Positions 1 through 10,641 of a DNA stretch of 64,000 nt are shown here, in pieces. The DNA is from a virus. A model generated the notes under the pieces. The model saw only the letters and a program-made list of their open reading frames with translations, searched no databases and was not told the DNA's origin. Position 1 is the first letter of the stretch; each line of letters opens with the position of its first letter. The position numbers were made by a program, and so were the translations under genes. Where the stretch lies: IMG/VR virus record IMGVR_UViG_3300025645_000060, positions 4,947 through 68,946 of that record; one strand, 5' to 3'.

Positions 1-45
1 ATGTCTCCATACCCTCTTAACAGAACATTGTCGCCTTCTTTCATT

Positions 46-360
46 TTACATCATTTTTAAGATAAGGAATACCATCTCTTCTGTATTCTTATTTATAGAG
101 TACGTAACATTCTTACCATCTCGCTTAAACTTAACTAATCCCAACTCTTTCATTAATCCCAATTTACGAGAACACATCGATTGCTCAATACGAAGATTGC
201 AATACAACTCGGTTACTGTCTGTGGAGTTTGGGATAGCCTTAAATATATTGACCTTACCGTAGAGTTTGATAGGGACTTCCCTATTATCTCCATTCGTTT
301 AATTTTCCTTCTGTTAAAGAATATATCGTCTACCGTATCAAATTCTATTACTCTATTCAT
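46..360 (-). CDS. ArsR-like winged-HTH transcriptional regulator
   Basis: TVTELYCNLRIEQSMCSRKLGLMKELGLVKFKRDGKNVTYSIN fits the ArsR HTH-wing pattern. Confidence 0.75.
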   Translation of the reverse strand: MNRVIEFDTVDDIFFNRRKIKRMEIIGKSLSNSTVRSIYLRLSQTPQTVTELYCNLRIEQSMCSRKLGLMKELGLVKFKRDGKNVTYSINKNTEEMVFLILKMM

Positions 361-361
361 T

Positions 362-1351
362 TTATTTGCTTAATTCAGTTAAATAATCGCCAGTAGCTAC
401 CATACTTTCCTTTCTACTAATCTTTACGTCCAATACGGTATCTTTGTATGCTTCTAGCCTTCTTGTGTACTCTATGATCCACTCTGGATCTTTCAGTACC
501 TTCTTTATAATCAGTCTGTCTAATGCTCCAAACTCATCATACTCATCCCCTGCCATGTAGTCGTTCTCATTTAAAGTGAACACCAAGTAAGCAACAGGTT
601 TGTCAAACAGAACCATATATGCCTGCATTTGATGATAATACTCTTTTTGCGCTGCATCCAGGTTCGGATCGCCAGTAGTCCTATCTGTCAACTCGAACGC
701 TCTTTGCTTGTTGAACGTAAATGCATCATACGGATTCTTAATGTCAATAATACAATCAGTTTCATCACACACTATATCTGGCGTTCCTCTAAGAAGTAAG
801 TCACAATCAGTCTTAGTCTCTTCGCACTTCTTAAAGTTTCTTCCTGTAACTGCATTCAACTGAGTAATACTAAATGGCTCATTCGCTATACCATGATTAG
901 TGTACTTTGAATTAGTGTTCTTCTCTACTTTGTACGACTGAGCAGTAAGAGATTCCTCAATAGCAGTTCTTACAGTCTTGCCTAACTTCGGATTGTCTCT
1001 GCGATCTATAAGGTCTTGTAGTTCAGCCTCCATGTTATCTGTCAATGGCTTATATGGCTTTCCTTTGTCATCTGAAGCAGCAATCATCGCTCCGTTCTTA
1101 CGCTCAAGCAAAGTACTCAGTTTGCTAGACTGAACATCACTCAGCCCAAACTTACCACTCATAAATTTACTAGACGATGAAGCATGGACGAATACCTCCA
1201 TGTCAGCAATATCCTCTGTGTGGCTACCACTTTTCATCTCTGATGACTTCGGCTTCTGAACCTCCATCTCTAGCAGCACATCATACATATCATCGTCTGA
1301 GTCAGAAAGCCCTTGAATGCTATCCATCCATTTATTATCCGTAGATTTCAT
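362..1351 (-). CDS. YqaJ/lambda-exonuclease-like recombination nuclease
   Basis: HGIANEP, GTPDIV, IIDIKNP and YYHQMQAYM motifs; adjacent to an annealing protein. Confidence 0.7.
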   Translation of the reverse strand: MKSTDNKWMDSIQGLSDSDDDMYDVLLEMEVQKPKSSEMKSGSHTEDIADMEVFVHASSSSKFMSGKFGLSDVQSSKLSTLLERKNGAMIAASDDKGKPYKPLTDNMEAELQDLIDRRDNPKLGKTVRTAIEESLTAQSYKVEKNTNSKYTNHGIANEPFSITQLNAVTGRNFKKCEETKTDCDLLLRGTPDIVCDETDCIIDIKNPYDAFTFNKQRAFELTDRTTGDPNLDAAQKEYYHQMQAYMVLFDKPVAYLVFTLNENDYMAGDEYDEFGALDRLIIKKVLKDPEWIIEYTRRLEAYKDTVLDVKISRKESMVATGDYLTELSK

Positions 1352-1907
1352 CAGCCTTGTTGTTTAGTTCTGATCCAAATATCTTACCGATCTTCTTCAC
1401 AGCGTTAGAAAATGCAAAACCCATAGCCGCAGGGACTACTTTGTGCAACCCTGTTGCATTTATACGTTCAAAATCAATAGCATTCCTAGCACCACTAATT
1501 TGCTCTTTTGTCTCTTTGTCGTACTTTGCCGCCTCAAGTTGTATTGGAGCAGCACCAACTCCGCAGTAAGACATCCACCCAAAGAAAGGGTGAAGTACCT
1601 TAACCTCAACGCTCACTACAATACTGTTTCCTAATATCTTAGGCTCTCCTTGCTGAATCACTTGGTGTGCAGGGAACAACTCTCTCAGTAATGACTCTCC
1701 TATTCTAATTGGTACATACTTAATCTTCTGACCAAAAGACTTTTCTTTAATCCACTCCGATTTTGGTGAGTGAGCAATAAGAGCCTTCAGTTCTTCATTT
1801 GTATTGTACTTAGCAACCATGTCGAAACCGCCTTCATCGTTAGATACTTTCCTTTGTGGGAATAATTCATAAGGAACTACTTGCCCTTTGTGTTCTATTA
1901 GTTCCAT
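1335..1907 (-). CDS. Rad52/Sak-like single-strand annealing protein
   Basis: IKYVPIRIGESLLRELF, GVGAAPIQ and AFSNAVKKIGKIFGSELN; overlaps the exonuclease gene. Confidence 0.6.
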   Translation of the reverse strand: MELIEHKGQVVPYELFPQRKVSNDEGGFDMVAKYNTNEELKALIAHSPKSEWIKEKSFGQKIKYVPIRIGESLLRELFPAHQVIQQGEPKILGNSIVVSVEVKVLHPFFGWMSYCGVGAAPIQLEAAKYDKETKEQISGARNAIDFERINATGLHKVVPAAMGFAFSNAVKKIGKIFGSELNNKADEIYG

Positions 1908-1908
1908 A

Positions 1909-2160
1909 TTACTTAGCGTTTTTTAATAGTTCAGAATTAGCCTTTACTACACCCTCTAGTTCGATAACCTTATCGCAAAAACTGGCAACACCAAGGTCGA
2001 TCATAAGGAGGTACACCTGGTTCTTGTGTATCAACCCATCAGATACTCTATCGTATGCTGCTTTATACCGATCACAGAACTCCAAAAGTCCTATTGGCAT
2101 CAAAACAGTCATCCTCTTAGACTCATTATCTTTAAAATTACTCATTCTTAATTCACTCAT
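1909..2160 (-). CDS. hypothetical protein (probable start ATG 2160)
   Basis: ORF; a promoter box at 2197-2204 argues against the longer 2199 start. Confidence 0.55.
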   Translation of the reverse strand: MSELRMSNFKDNESKRMTVLMPIGLLEFCDRYKAAYDRVSDGLIHKNQVYLLMIDLGVASFCDKVIELEGVVKANSELLKNAK

Positions 2161-2196
2161 GATATTCAATTGTTTAGTTAATAATTTATTAGAACT

Positions 2197-2204
2197 CAAA
2201 TATA
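2197..2204 (-). promoter_or_regulatory. Bacteroidota sigma-A -7 box (TATATTTG)
   Basis: Matches TAnnTTTG upstream of the recombination operon; the same box occurs at 2674-2681, 30713-30720, 42157-42164 and 50229-50236. Confidence 0.6.
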
Positions 2205-2256
2205 CAAATAAATTATTCTTTATTGCAACTATTTAATAAATACTTGTGAAATAAAA

Positions 2257-2290
2257 TAAAAAAACACCTACTGAATTAACAATAGGTGTT
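2257..2290 (-). terminator. intrinsic terminator
   Basis: AACACCTA/TAGGTGTT stem followed by a U-tract on the minus strand. Confidence 0.6.
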
Positions 2291-2323
2291 AGGTAATTAC
2301 AAACCAGAATAAAAAAAAGTATA

Positions 2324-2647
2324 TTATTGCGTAGGCTCGTAGTCTTTAGGTACGATTACCTCTAGTTGCTCTATGGCTGCTTTTAGATTGGGTATTGCTC
2401 TTTCTACAATGTCCTCTTGTGCATTTCGCATCTTTGGAATCCTTTCTTCTAAGTCATCCCAGCTTTCTTGCTGCTTGTCTAATGCGTTCTTGAAGTCGTT
2501 TAAGTGAGAATGTGCTATTCTCATAGCTTCTTCTTTGGTTTTTCCTTCCCATCTAGTTTCAGTGGTTGCTCCATCCTCTTTCCTATACGAACTAACTGTC
2601 AAGTTGCAAGTTTCGTCTTTGTTCTCTGTAAATGATACCTTTACCAT
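2324..2647 (-). CDS. hypothetical coiled-coil protein
   Basis: ORF with its own -7 box and terminator. Confidence 0.65.
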   Translation of the reverse strand: MVKVSFTENKDETCNLTVSSYRKEDGATTETRWEGKTKEEAMRIAHSHLNDFKNALDKQQESWDDLEERIPKMRNAQEDIVERAIPNLKAAIEQLEVIVPKDYEPTQ

Positions 2648-2737
2648 ACTTTTTGATTTTAATGATTAAAGGACAAATATACAATAAGTATTGCAATAAA
2701 GCGACATAACACCTTATCGCAATACTTATATGTAATC

Positions 2738-2947
2738 TTATTTAGCATCTTCGATAGCGTGTCTACCTCCGTTCTTTGTAAAACCGTAGATAGTGATAGC
2801 TGCTCCTGCAATAGTCTCGACTGCTGCCCAAATACCGTCTAGATTTTGATTGGCGAACTCAAAAATATCCACGAAGTTGTCTAATCCAAATAAAGTCAAC
2901 ACAGTACCTACCGCAGTAAGGATGTGTCTAATTGCTGATTTTGTCAT
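2738..2947 (-). CDS. small two-TM holin-like protein (phage A copy)
   Basis: Two hydrophobic segments; close paralog of 61031-61243; follows the tail fibre genes. Confidence 0.6.
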   Translation of the reverse strand: MTKSAIRHILTAVGTVLTLFGLDNFVDIFEFANQNLDGIWAAVETIAGAAITIYGFTKNGGRHAIEDAK

Positions 2948-2975
2948 AATAAATATATTTAATGATTAAAAAAAA

Positions 2976-3314
2976 TTATTGTTGATCTCTAATTATTATT
3001 CTGCGTTCTACCTTCCTTTTCATTTTTTTAAAACTTTTCAATTCTTCTTGTAACTGAATAATCATATCGTCAATGTGAATTAAGTTTTCATCTAAACTTG
3101 TGTTAATTCTGTCGTAGACAATTGTCAAGCTATCTTTCAAAAATACTGCGTCTGTTTCTGCCATCGGTTTATATAACGATGTGCGTGTTATGTCGTCGTC
3201 ATATTCAACTATTCTAACTTTACTTTCATCGCCAGACCCTACGATCGATATCGCATACTGAGCCGTAGATGTAAAACTAAACGCCGCTAAAAAAATTATT
3301 AAAATTACTTTCAT
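2976..3314 (-). CDS. signal-peptide coiled-coil protein
   Basis: MKVILIIFLAAFSFTSTA|Q; C-terminal heptads. Confidence 0.65.
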   Translation of the reverse strand: MKVILIIFLAAFSFTSTAQYAISIVGSGDESKVRIVEYDDDITRTSLYKPMAETDAVFLKDSLTIVYDRINTSLDENLIHIDDMIIQLQEELKSFKKMKRKVERRIIIRDQQ

Positions 3315-3333
3315 TTGTTAAAATATTTATTGA

Positions 3334-6300
3334 TTAATTGATTCTATTTAAAATGAGCCTTACATCATTGTATGTATAGTCAGCGTCAGTTGTACTGTCT
3401 AACTCTAAAGATATAGCATCGTTCGCCGATAGGTTCAAATGATACGTATAGGCAATGGCTGAATTTACGTCCGCCGCTTTTATTTTTACAGACCTATCTA
3501 GTGTCCCATTTATTAAAATATTAACAGACAATATTTCGTCGGCCGTATAGCTACCAATATTACCAGAAAAAGACACCTCCCAAATCCCAGCATTAGTAAC
3601 CTCGATATCTTCGCCAGTTGTTATATCTGTGTTAGTATTAATATCTGATCCGAATACCGCATTAAATAAAACTTGTGTCGCCGCCGTAGATGATATAGTA
3701 TTCAATCCAGTTTCAGCACCACCGTAACCAGTAGCGATTAAATCTGTTTCTACGATATGACCATCAGCATCGAACGCAGCATTTTTTGTAGCTGCGCCAA
3801 CAATCCGATCTGAGATTGCCAACGACCCAGTAATCTCCACTTCCTCAGTAACAAAATCACCAAAAATTAATGGTTGGTCTTGATACATCCCGATCGCTAA
3901 TTTATAATTTCCTGCGGCATCTGTTCCATCTGTATATCCTTGACGATAACCTAACAATATCGAATTGTGCAAATTGGCTAGTTCTCCATATCCATTTTCA
4001 TAGCCTATCATAATTGATCGTTTTAGTGACCCCGTGCAATTATATCCGTTCCTAAACCCATGAATGAACGCAGATTCCATATTCCCACCGACATAAGCGT
4101 TCTGGTAACCGCTTAAAAAAGTGTAATCTAAATCAGCAGTTGTGGAGTTAGCCGCATTAAAATAACCTACCGCAAAACTATAATCTGAATCTAATGCTTT
4201 TTCTGCGTTATTTCTTCCGACCATAAAGTTATGCGTCATGTCCGCAGTCGTTGTCGATAAATTTCTATCTCCAGCCAAAAATGAATATGTAATAGAACTG
4301 GCATCCGCTGCGTTCCTATAGCCACTCATAAAATTATACCCAACAGATGTGGCATCTTGTGCATTGTAAGCACCGTTATAAAACTCATAGTAGGAGTTAC
4401 CAGTGTTACTATATGCATTGTTTAGCCCAAACGCAGTACTGCCGTAAATACCTGAATTAGTGTTGTAATAGTTACTGTGACCGCTGATTGTAGCATAGTT
4501 GAGAGTAGCCGTCCCAACATAGCCGTTCCTAAACCCATTGATAAAAGAATAATCTGCATCCGTCGCAGATGGAAAGTTTTGGAGACCATTTACAAAAAGA
4601 TAAGACGATGGAGTAGTCATATTCTTAAAGTTATCTAAACCATTAGAAAACGTATAATTCAGACTTGTCGAACTTTTAAAATTACCTTGTCCTGCCGAAA
4701 AATTATAATTGCCGCTAGTTATTGCCGCCAAATTGTCTATCCCGAAATTAGTATTAGCTAACCCGCTATCTTTTGGAAATTCTTGTGTAAAAACGCCATT
4801 CATCGCTAATGAGTTCTCAACTTCTACCCCGCCTGCCCTATTAAATGCCATTAAGTCGAATAATGATGGCGAACCAGTTGTTGCGTTGTTAGATTCTAAG
4901 TATAACTTATTCCCAATGCCGTCCAACCTAAATCTAAAACCATAGGAAAAAGTGGCACTACTATTTTCGACAAAGTTAATTTCTGCCGCTTGAGATACGT
5001 TTCCACTCCTTCCTAAAAATAAACTTGCGCCGTCTGTTCCATTTGTGTTTGTTAATATCGTCTGACCATCTATGTGTAACTTTGCTTGCGGATTAGTATT
5101 CCCGATCCCAACATTCCCATCAGAATAAACTGCGTCTAATGGATCAGTACCATCTACAAACTTTCCATCAGCCGTAGTCAAATCTACTTCAACTAACTGA
5201 CCGTTAGCGTCAAACGCTGCTGACTTTGTAGCTGCACCGCCTATTCGGTCTGATACGTGCAATTCTCCGTTTACCGTCAATTCATCCGTTGCAAAATCGC
5301 CATAAATTAAAGGCGTCGTCGTATTACTATTATCTATGTATAATTTGTTAGAGCCTGTTTCTAACGAACCCGCATTAAAGCCAAGATATACCCCATAATC
5401 ACCAGCAGCAATCGCCCCTGAGTTATACCCAAAACAAGAGTTACCTATACCACTCGTTTTCCCCGCAAAAGAACCAACTACCGTACTAAAGTCACCGACC
5501 GAAACTGATCCCGCTTCATTCCCAATTACCACCGACCTATCTATGTCTGTGTCTCCATCACCCGCATCATATCCAATTATTACACTTTTCTCGCCAGTGG
5601 TATTAGATACCCCCGCCGATGAACCGATAAACACATTAAACCGTCCGCTTGTATTACCTAATCCAGCCAAATAACCAATAAATGTATTATTGATCCCTGT
5701 ATTAGACTGACCAGCTAAGTGACCAATTGCTAATAGACTACCACCTGTGTTGTTTTTACCCGCCCTATATCCTATCGCCGTAGACGTTCCAGCCGTACCG
5801 TTCATCAAAGCCTCAAAACCGACACCTATATTACTTGCTTGTATATTATTTGCTCCTGCATCCTCCCCGATAAATACACTCTTTGATGTATTTGCAAAAT
5901 CTATATATCCGTTCCCTATGATTAGATCAGCGTATGGACTTAATCCGCTTGTACCGATAGCTGCTTTCCCGTTAACTTCTAGATCACCTACTACATCTAA
6001 AGTTGCGCTAGGTGTGTTCGTTCCGATTCCAATATTTCCACTTGGAAACGAAATGTCTCCAATCGCACTTCGTTCAACCCTCATAAATGTATTTGGTACA
6101 TCGCTTAACACTCTATTAAATACTATATCGTTTTCTGTACTACCTTCAAACCCGATAGAAAAACCCCTTGTTTCATTACTAGCACCCGACATCTTAAATG
6201 GATTAGAATCTATAGTTTCTGCCCTTATCTCTAGTCGTTCATCGGGTGTATTCGTTCCGATACCTACATAACCATCCATATAAACGGCGTCTAATGGATC

Positions 6301-7557
6301 AGTACCATCTACGAATTTACCGCCAGACGAACCACCATTATTTTGAACAAATTCTAATAAACCGACTATGTTAGTAGTATCTTGAATTTCATTTGTCGGA
6401 TCGAAATCTGCGTCGTTTACATCATCGGTGAATGAACCGCCACTATTAGATAACGTGACCGTTTGCCCAACTTTCGATATAGTTTGAATCTCATTCGTAA
6501 TACTACCATCAACTTCCGTTTCCAAGTATCCATTGTTGTCAGCGAAAGCGTCTACTTGTGCCTCTGTCAATTGTGTGTCTGTATCAACAGTCTTAGTCAC
6601 CGAACCTCCACCGTTCGATAAAGTAAATGTCGCTCCGTTATCTGTTAATGTCTGTAATTCATTTGATATGCTACCATCGACTTCTGTTTCCAGGTATCCA
6701 TTATTGTCAGCATAAGCGTCTACTTGAGCCTCTGATAATTGTGTGTCTGTGTTATCCAAATAGGGTTCTAAATCTACTGAATTGCCATTTTCAATCATTA
6801 GCCAATCACTGACTATATCTATCATCTGATCATCTGTGCCGCTATCATCTAAACTCGATAGATCAATAAAATGCGTCGTAGTATTATCACTTAATGATAA
6901 TTTTAGGATGTTATCCAATCCAAAAGAATGGACATCGAATCCCTGTAACTCGTTAGTTGAATCTAGATCATTATCTATACTTATGTGATAATTCCCACTA
7001 GTGTCTGTTCCTATTCCATCCGCTATACTATTGTTTTGCACAAAATCTAATAACCCAACTATTTCGTTTGTGTCTTGGATTTCATTATTTGGGTCGAAAT
7101 CTGCATCATTTGGCGATGTAATATATCCAGCCCCATTAGTTAATTGATTGTTGTTCGTGGGTATAATAGGTAGGTTAGTCAAATCATTATAGTCTTTATC
7201 CCATGCCGAATATATAGGGTCGGTTTCAAAGGCATTAACTTCTGCTTGACTCAGTTGGCTATCATCATCGCCATCTGCTATATCTGTAGGTATACCAACT
7301 ATAGTAGCCCATAACGTAGAGCCTCCGATCTCTACCCATTTAACAGATCCTTTGTAGTAAACGGCATCCTCACTGACAATATATGCTATATGACCATCAT
7401 ACACAAATGGTATAGTAGCAGTATCCGCTAATGTATTTATTTTTGCCCTTAAATCAAGCGGAGAAGAAATATTAGCTTCAAAGCTAGTGTTTATTGTAAT
7501 TTGACTACTAGCAGAAATTGCAAGTAAAGTTAATGCTAAACATAATGTATATCTCAT
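3334..7557 (-). CDS. large tail fibre/adhesin-like protein with signal peptide
   Basis: VGIGTNTP repeats, NTFIGYLAG beta-helix repeats, DTQLTEAQVDA repeats and a C1q/TNF-like C-terminus. Confidence 0.75.
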   Translation of the reverse strand: MRYTLCLALTLLAISASSQITINTSFEANISSPLDLRAKINTLADTATIPFVYDGHIAYIVSEDAVYYKGSVKWVEIGGSTLWATIVGIPTDIADGDDDSQLSQAEVNAFETDPIYSAWDKDYNDLTNLPIIPTNNNQLTNGAGYITSPNDADFDPNNEIQDTNEIVGLLDFVQNNSIADGIGTDTSGNYHISIDNDLDSTNELQGFDVHSFGLDNILKLSLSDNTTTHFIDLSSLDDSGTDDQMIDIVSDWLMIENGNSVDLEPYLDNTDTQLSEAQVDAYADNNGYLETEVDGSISNELQTLTDNGATFTLSNGGGSVTKTVDTDTQLTEAQVDAFADNNGYLETEVDGSITNEIQTISKVGQTVTLSNSGGSFTDDVNDADFDPTNEIQDTTNIVGLLEFVQNNGGSSGGKFVDGTDPLDAVYMDGYVGIGTNTPDERLEIRAETIDSNPFKMSGASNETRGFSIGFEGSTENDIVFNRVLSDVPNTFMRVERSAIGDISFPSGNIGIGTNTPSATLDVVGDLEVNGKAAIGTSGLSPYADLIIGNGYIDFANTSKSVFIGEDAGANNIQASNIGVGFEALMNGTAGTSTAIGYRAGKNNTGGSLLAIGHLAGQSNTGINNTFIGYLAGLGNTSGRFNVFIGSSAGVSNTTGEKSVIIGYDAGDGDTDIDRSVVIGNEAGSVSVGDFSTVVGSFAGKTSGIGNSCFGYNSGAIAAGDYGVYLGFNAGSLETGSNKLYIDNSNTTTPLIYGDFATDELTVNGELHVSDRIGGAATKSAAFDANGQLVEVDLTTADGKFVDGTDPLDAVYSDGNVGIGNTNPQAKLHIDGQTILTNTNGTDGASLFLGRSGNVSQAAEINFVENSSATFSYGFRFRLDGIGNKLYLESNNATTGSPSLFDLMAFNRAGGVEVENSLAMNGVFTQEFPKDSGLANTNFGIDNLAAITSGNYNFSAGQGNFKSSTSLNYTFSNGLDNFKNMTTPSSYLFVNGLQNFPSATDADYSFINGFRNGYVGTATLNYATISGHSNYYNTNSGIYGSTAFGLNNAYSNTGNSYYEFYNGAYNAQDATSVGYNFMSGYRNAADASSITYSFLAGDRNLSTTTADMTHNFMVGRNNAEKALDSDYSFAVGYFNAANSTTADLDYTFLSGYQNAYVGGNMESAFIHGFRNGYNCTGSLKRSIMIGYENGYGELANLHNSILLGYRQGYTDGTDAAGNYKLAIGMYQDQPLIFGDFVTEEVEITGSLAISDRIVGAATKNAAFDADGHIVETDLIATGYGGAETGLNTISSTAATQVLFNAVFGSDINTNTDITTGEDIEVTNAGIWEVSFSGNIGSYTADEILSVNILINGTLDRSVKIKAADVNSAIAYTYHLNLSANDAISLELDSTTDADYTYNDVRLILNRIN
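7174..7311. repeat. 138-bp near-identical repeat, copy 1 (copy 2 at 9050-9187)
   Basis: One mismatch by eye between two adjacent fibre genes. Confidence 0.85.
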
Positions 7558-7558
7558 A

Positions 7559-9436
7559 TTATTCCTTAAATTGGTAACTACCGTTGGCAGTTGTTAAATT
7601 ATTAAGTTTGTATAAAGTGTAGTCGTGAGTCCAATTATTAACCAAACCACTACTACTCACACTTATAGTTGTCTTTGTGAAAGACGATCTAATCTCAAAG
7701 CCATTGGGGTCTAAAATACTACTAAGATCGTCATCAGACCAAGCGGTAGGAGTTAAATAGTATATATAAGCATTACTTCCACTTATTGTCACAGTTTTAT
7801 TACCCTCTGTAGCTACAAGTTTTGTCAAGTCTGCATACGGATCGCCACTACTATTATAGTCCGTTGAACTCATCCCATAAATCACTGGGTAAACCCCTCT
7901 CACCGTTCTTGAGCTACTTGTTGTATTGCCACTATCCCCATTTCTCGTCCAATCTTGGTTAGCTTGGAAAGTGTAAGTCGTTACCGCTGTAGGGGCAAAT
8001 GTCTCACTATGTGAAAAGGTAGTATTCGAGCCAAAAGTAGAAACTACTACTCCGCTTCGTTTTACCTCTCCATTTGACAATGTAGAACCGCCTAAGTTAG
8101 TTACCGTTCCACTATAAGAAATTGATTGGCTTGTTCCTATCTCATAGGTTGCGCTTGTTCCAGAAAATGAGATTGTTGTCTGAGGGTTCTCAACATACCA
8201 CCAATCTAACCACCCATCAACAGTACTAGTGCCTAACACTGCTCCAACCTCTGGCACTCTCAATATGGCTCTATCGCCATCAAAAGCCCCACCACTTCCA
8301 TATGTCTCAACGAACTCTTGTAGTCCATCTATATTAGATGTGTCTTGAATTTCATTTGTGGGATCAAAGTCAGCGTCATTTACTGCATCTGTATACGAAC
8401 CGCCTCCATCTGACAATGTAACTGTAGAGCCAACTTTACTGATCGTTTGTAACTCATTCGTAACACTCCCATCCACCTCAGATTCTAAGTAACCATTATT
8501 ATCTGCAAATGCATCTACTTGTGCCTCAGTTAGTTGCGTGTCGGTGTCTACGGTTTTTACTATAGTACCTCCCCCATCAGATAACGTAAATGTTGCACCG
8601 CCATCTGTTAAAGTTTGTAATTCGTTACTAATGCTTCCATCAACTTCTGTTTCCAGGTAACCATTGTTATCTGCGAAAGCATCTACTTGCGCTTCGGTCA
8701 ATTGAGTATTAGTGTCTACTGTTTTTGTAACTGTTCCACCACCATCAGATAATGTAAATGTTGCCCCGACATCTGTCAATGTTTGAATTTCATTGTCAAT
8801 GCTACCATCGACCTCCGTTAATAAATAGCCATTATTACCAGCATAAGCATCTACTTGTGCCTCTGACAATTGGGTATCTGTATCTACTGTTTTTGTAACT
8901 GAGCCACCGCCATCAGATAACGTAAATGTCGCACCAACATCTGTTAATGTTTGTAATTCATTTGTAGGATCAAAATCTGCATCATTCGGTGACGTAATAA
9001 ATCCACTATCATTAACTAATTCACTTGTATTAGATGGTATGATTGGTAAGTTAGTCAAATCATTATAGTCTTTATCCCATGCCGAATATATAGGGTCGGT
9101 TTCAAAGGCATTAACTTCTGCTTGGCTCAGTTGGCTATCATCATCGCCATCTGCTATATCTGTAGGTATACCAACTATAGTAGCCCACTCCGCTACACCT
9201 CCTACTTCAATCCATTTAACTGAATTTTTGAAATATAAAACATCTTCACTTACTACATAAGCTATACTACCATCATACACAAATGGTATAGTCGCAGTAT
9301 CTGCTAATGTGTTTATTTTAGACCTCAAATCTAAAGGCGCCGCAATGTTTGGTTTAAAATTAGTATTTACTGTAATTTGCGATGCAGCAAACTGCGCAAT
9401 AAATAATCCTAAAAAAATCAATATTGTATTCTTCAT
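7559..9436 (-). CDS. repeat-rich fibre/adhesin-like protein with signal peptide
   Basis: N-terminus paralogous to 3334-7557; ~56-aa tandem repeats; C-terminus paralogous to 9438-10622. Confidence 0.75.
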   Translation of the reverse strand: MKNTILIFLGLFIAQFAASQITVNTNFKPNIAAPLDLRSKINTLADTATIPFVYDGSIAYVVSEDVLYFKNSVKWIEVGGVAEWATIVGIPTDIADGDDDSQLSQAEVNAFETDPIYSAWDKDYNDLTNLPIIPSNTSELVNDSGFITSPNDADFDPTNELQTLTDVGATFTLSDGGGSVTKTVDTDTQLSEAQVDAYAGNNGYLLTEVDGSIDNEIQTLTDVGATFTLSDGGGTVTKTVDTNTQLTEAQVDAFADNNGYLETEVDGSISNELQTLTDGGATFTLSDGGGTIVKTVDTDTQLTEAQVDAFADNNGYLESEVDGSVTNELQTISKVGSTVTLSDGGGSYTDAVNDADFDPTNEIQDTSNIDGLQEFVETYGSGGAFDGDRAILRVPEVGAVLGTSTVDGWLDWWYVENPQTTISFSGTSATYEIGTSQSISYSGTVTNLGGSTLSNGEVKRSGVVVSTFGSNTTFSHSETFAPTAVTTYTFQANQDWTRNGDSGNTTSSSRTVRGVYPVIYGMSSTDYNSSGDPYADLTKLVATEGNKTVTISGSNAYIYYLTPTAWSDDDLSSILDPNGFEIRSSFTKTTISVSSSGLVNNWTHDYTLYKLNNLTTANGSYQFKE

Positions 9437-9437
9437 A

Positions 9438-10622
9438 TTATCTGTTATATATGTATGCTGCTCCAGATGCAGTAGTTAAATTATTTAATTTATATAGCTT
9501 ATAATCTTGCGTCCAGTTATTAACTAAGCCTGTACTTGTAACACTTACGTCATAAGCAGTGAATGATGGCGTAACATCAAATCCGTTAGCGTCTATAATG
9601 CTATTTACAGTGTAGTCACTCCAGCTTTTAGGTATTAAGATGTAAATATACTCATTTGTTCCTGTCATTGTTAATCCAGTTTGGTTTCCTTCTGAAATAA
9701 TCCTCTTAGACCAAATACTGTACGGAACTGAACCTCCATTGTAGACTGTAGCACTCATTCCCCATAACACAGGATGAACACTACTAACTGACCTTGAAGC
9801 CGTTGCCGTACCGCTACTAGACCCTCCAGCCGCACATATACTACCAGTGTTATTCCATGCAGCAGAGGCACTGTAGGTCTTATACTGTGCTGTTGTTGGA
9901 GCAAAAGTTATAGCTTTACTGTAAGATATACCACTCCATGGCGTAGCGTCAACCAACTGCGTTGTAATAGTGTAGTCGCACACATTTGTCAATGTTCCAG
10001 ATAGTGTATAATTATTTGACGTTCCCACCTCTACAACAGTAGGTGAAAAATAATTCATAGTCAATGTTGGGTTGGTTGCGTTGCCGATGTAGTGCCAATC
10101 CAACCATTCTCTAAATGTAGTAGCTTCAAAATTATCGCCTATGTCCATTACCCTTGAGATAACTCTATCTCCATTATATAGGCTATCCATACCGCCCCCT
10201 CCTCCTAAACTCCTATAGTAAGAATCTATACACTGACGGTCACTATCAGTAATACCACTAATTAGGTGAGAAACTAAACTTTCAGTTTCTTGAAGTATGG
10301 CACAAACTCCTGTATTCAACGTAGTGTTCCCTCCTTTGTGTAGTTTTAATGTAATCTCATTGGCGAACAATGATACAAGTTCGGTAACTTCATACCTCTG
10401 GCAATTTTTCCATACAACTATATTCATTGTCTCAGACAAGTCTGTCCCAATAAAGTTGTTACTGAAGTCGGTAATTAGAAAAGTTGCTGTTATTGTATCA
10501 TTGGATTCTGAAGGAGAGGTCGTGATCTGACCTTGAAATCCCGCTAATGGGATTACTGTTTGAGCATAACTGCAAACACTAGTTGTGAATACTGCTAGCA
10601 TCAATATCAATATCTTATTCAT
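9438..10622 (-). CDS. signal-peptide protein sharing a C-terminal domain with 7559-9436
   Basis: MNKILILMLAVFTTSVCSYA|Q; shared GLVNNWTxDYxLYKLNNLTTA ending. Confidence 0.7.
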   Translation of the reverse strand: MNKILILMLAVFTTSVCSYAQTVIPLAGFQGQITTSPSESNDTITATFLITDFSNNFIGTDLSETMNIVVWKNCQRYEVTELVSLFANEITLKLHKGGNTTLNTGVCAILQETESLVSHLISGITDSDRQCIDSYYRSLGGGGGMDSLYNGDRVISRVMDIGDNFEATTFREWLDWHYIGNATNPTLTMNYFSPTVVEVGTSNNYTLSGTLTNVCDYTITTQLVDATPWSGISYSKAITFAPTTAQYKTYSASAAWNNTGSICAAGGSSSGTATASRSVSSVHPVLWGMSATVYNGGSVPYSIWSKRIISEGNQTGLTMTGTNEYIYILIPKSWSDYTVNSIIDANGFDVTPSFTAYDVSVTSTGLVNNWTQDYKLYKLNNLTTASGAAYIYNR

Positions 10623-10641
10623 ACCTTATGTTTATTTTAAA

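Noticed and set aside
3334-9436. Diversity-generating retroelement TR/VR pair
   Set aside because: No reverse transcriptase in the window; the repeats are in-frame coding modules and I saw no adenine-specific mismatch pattern.
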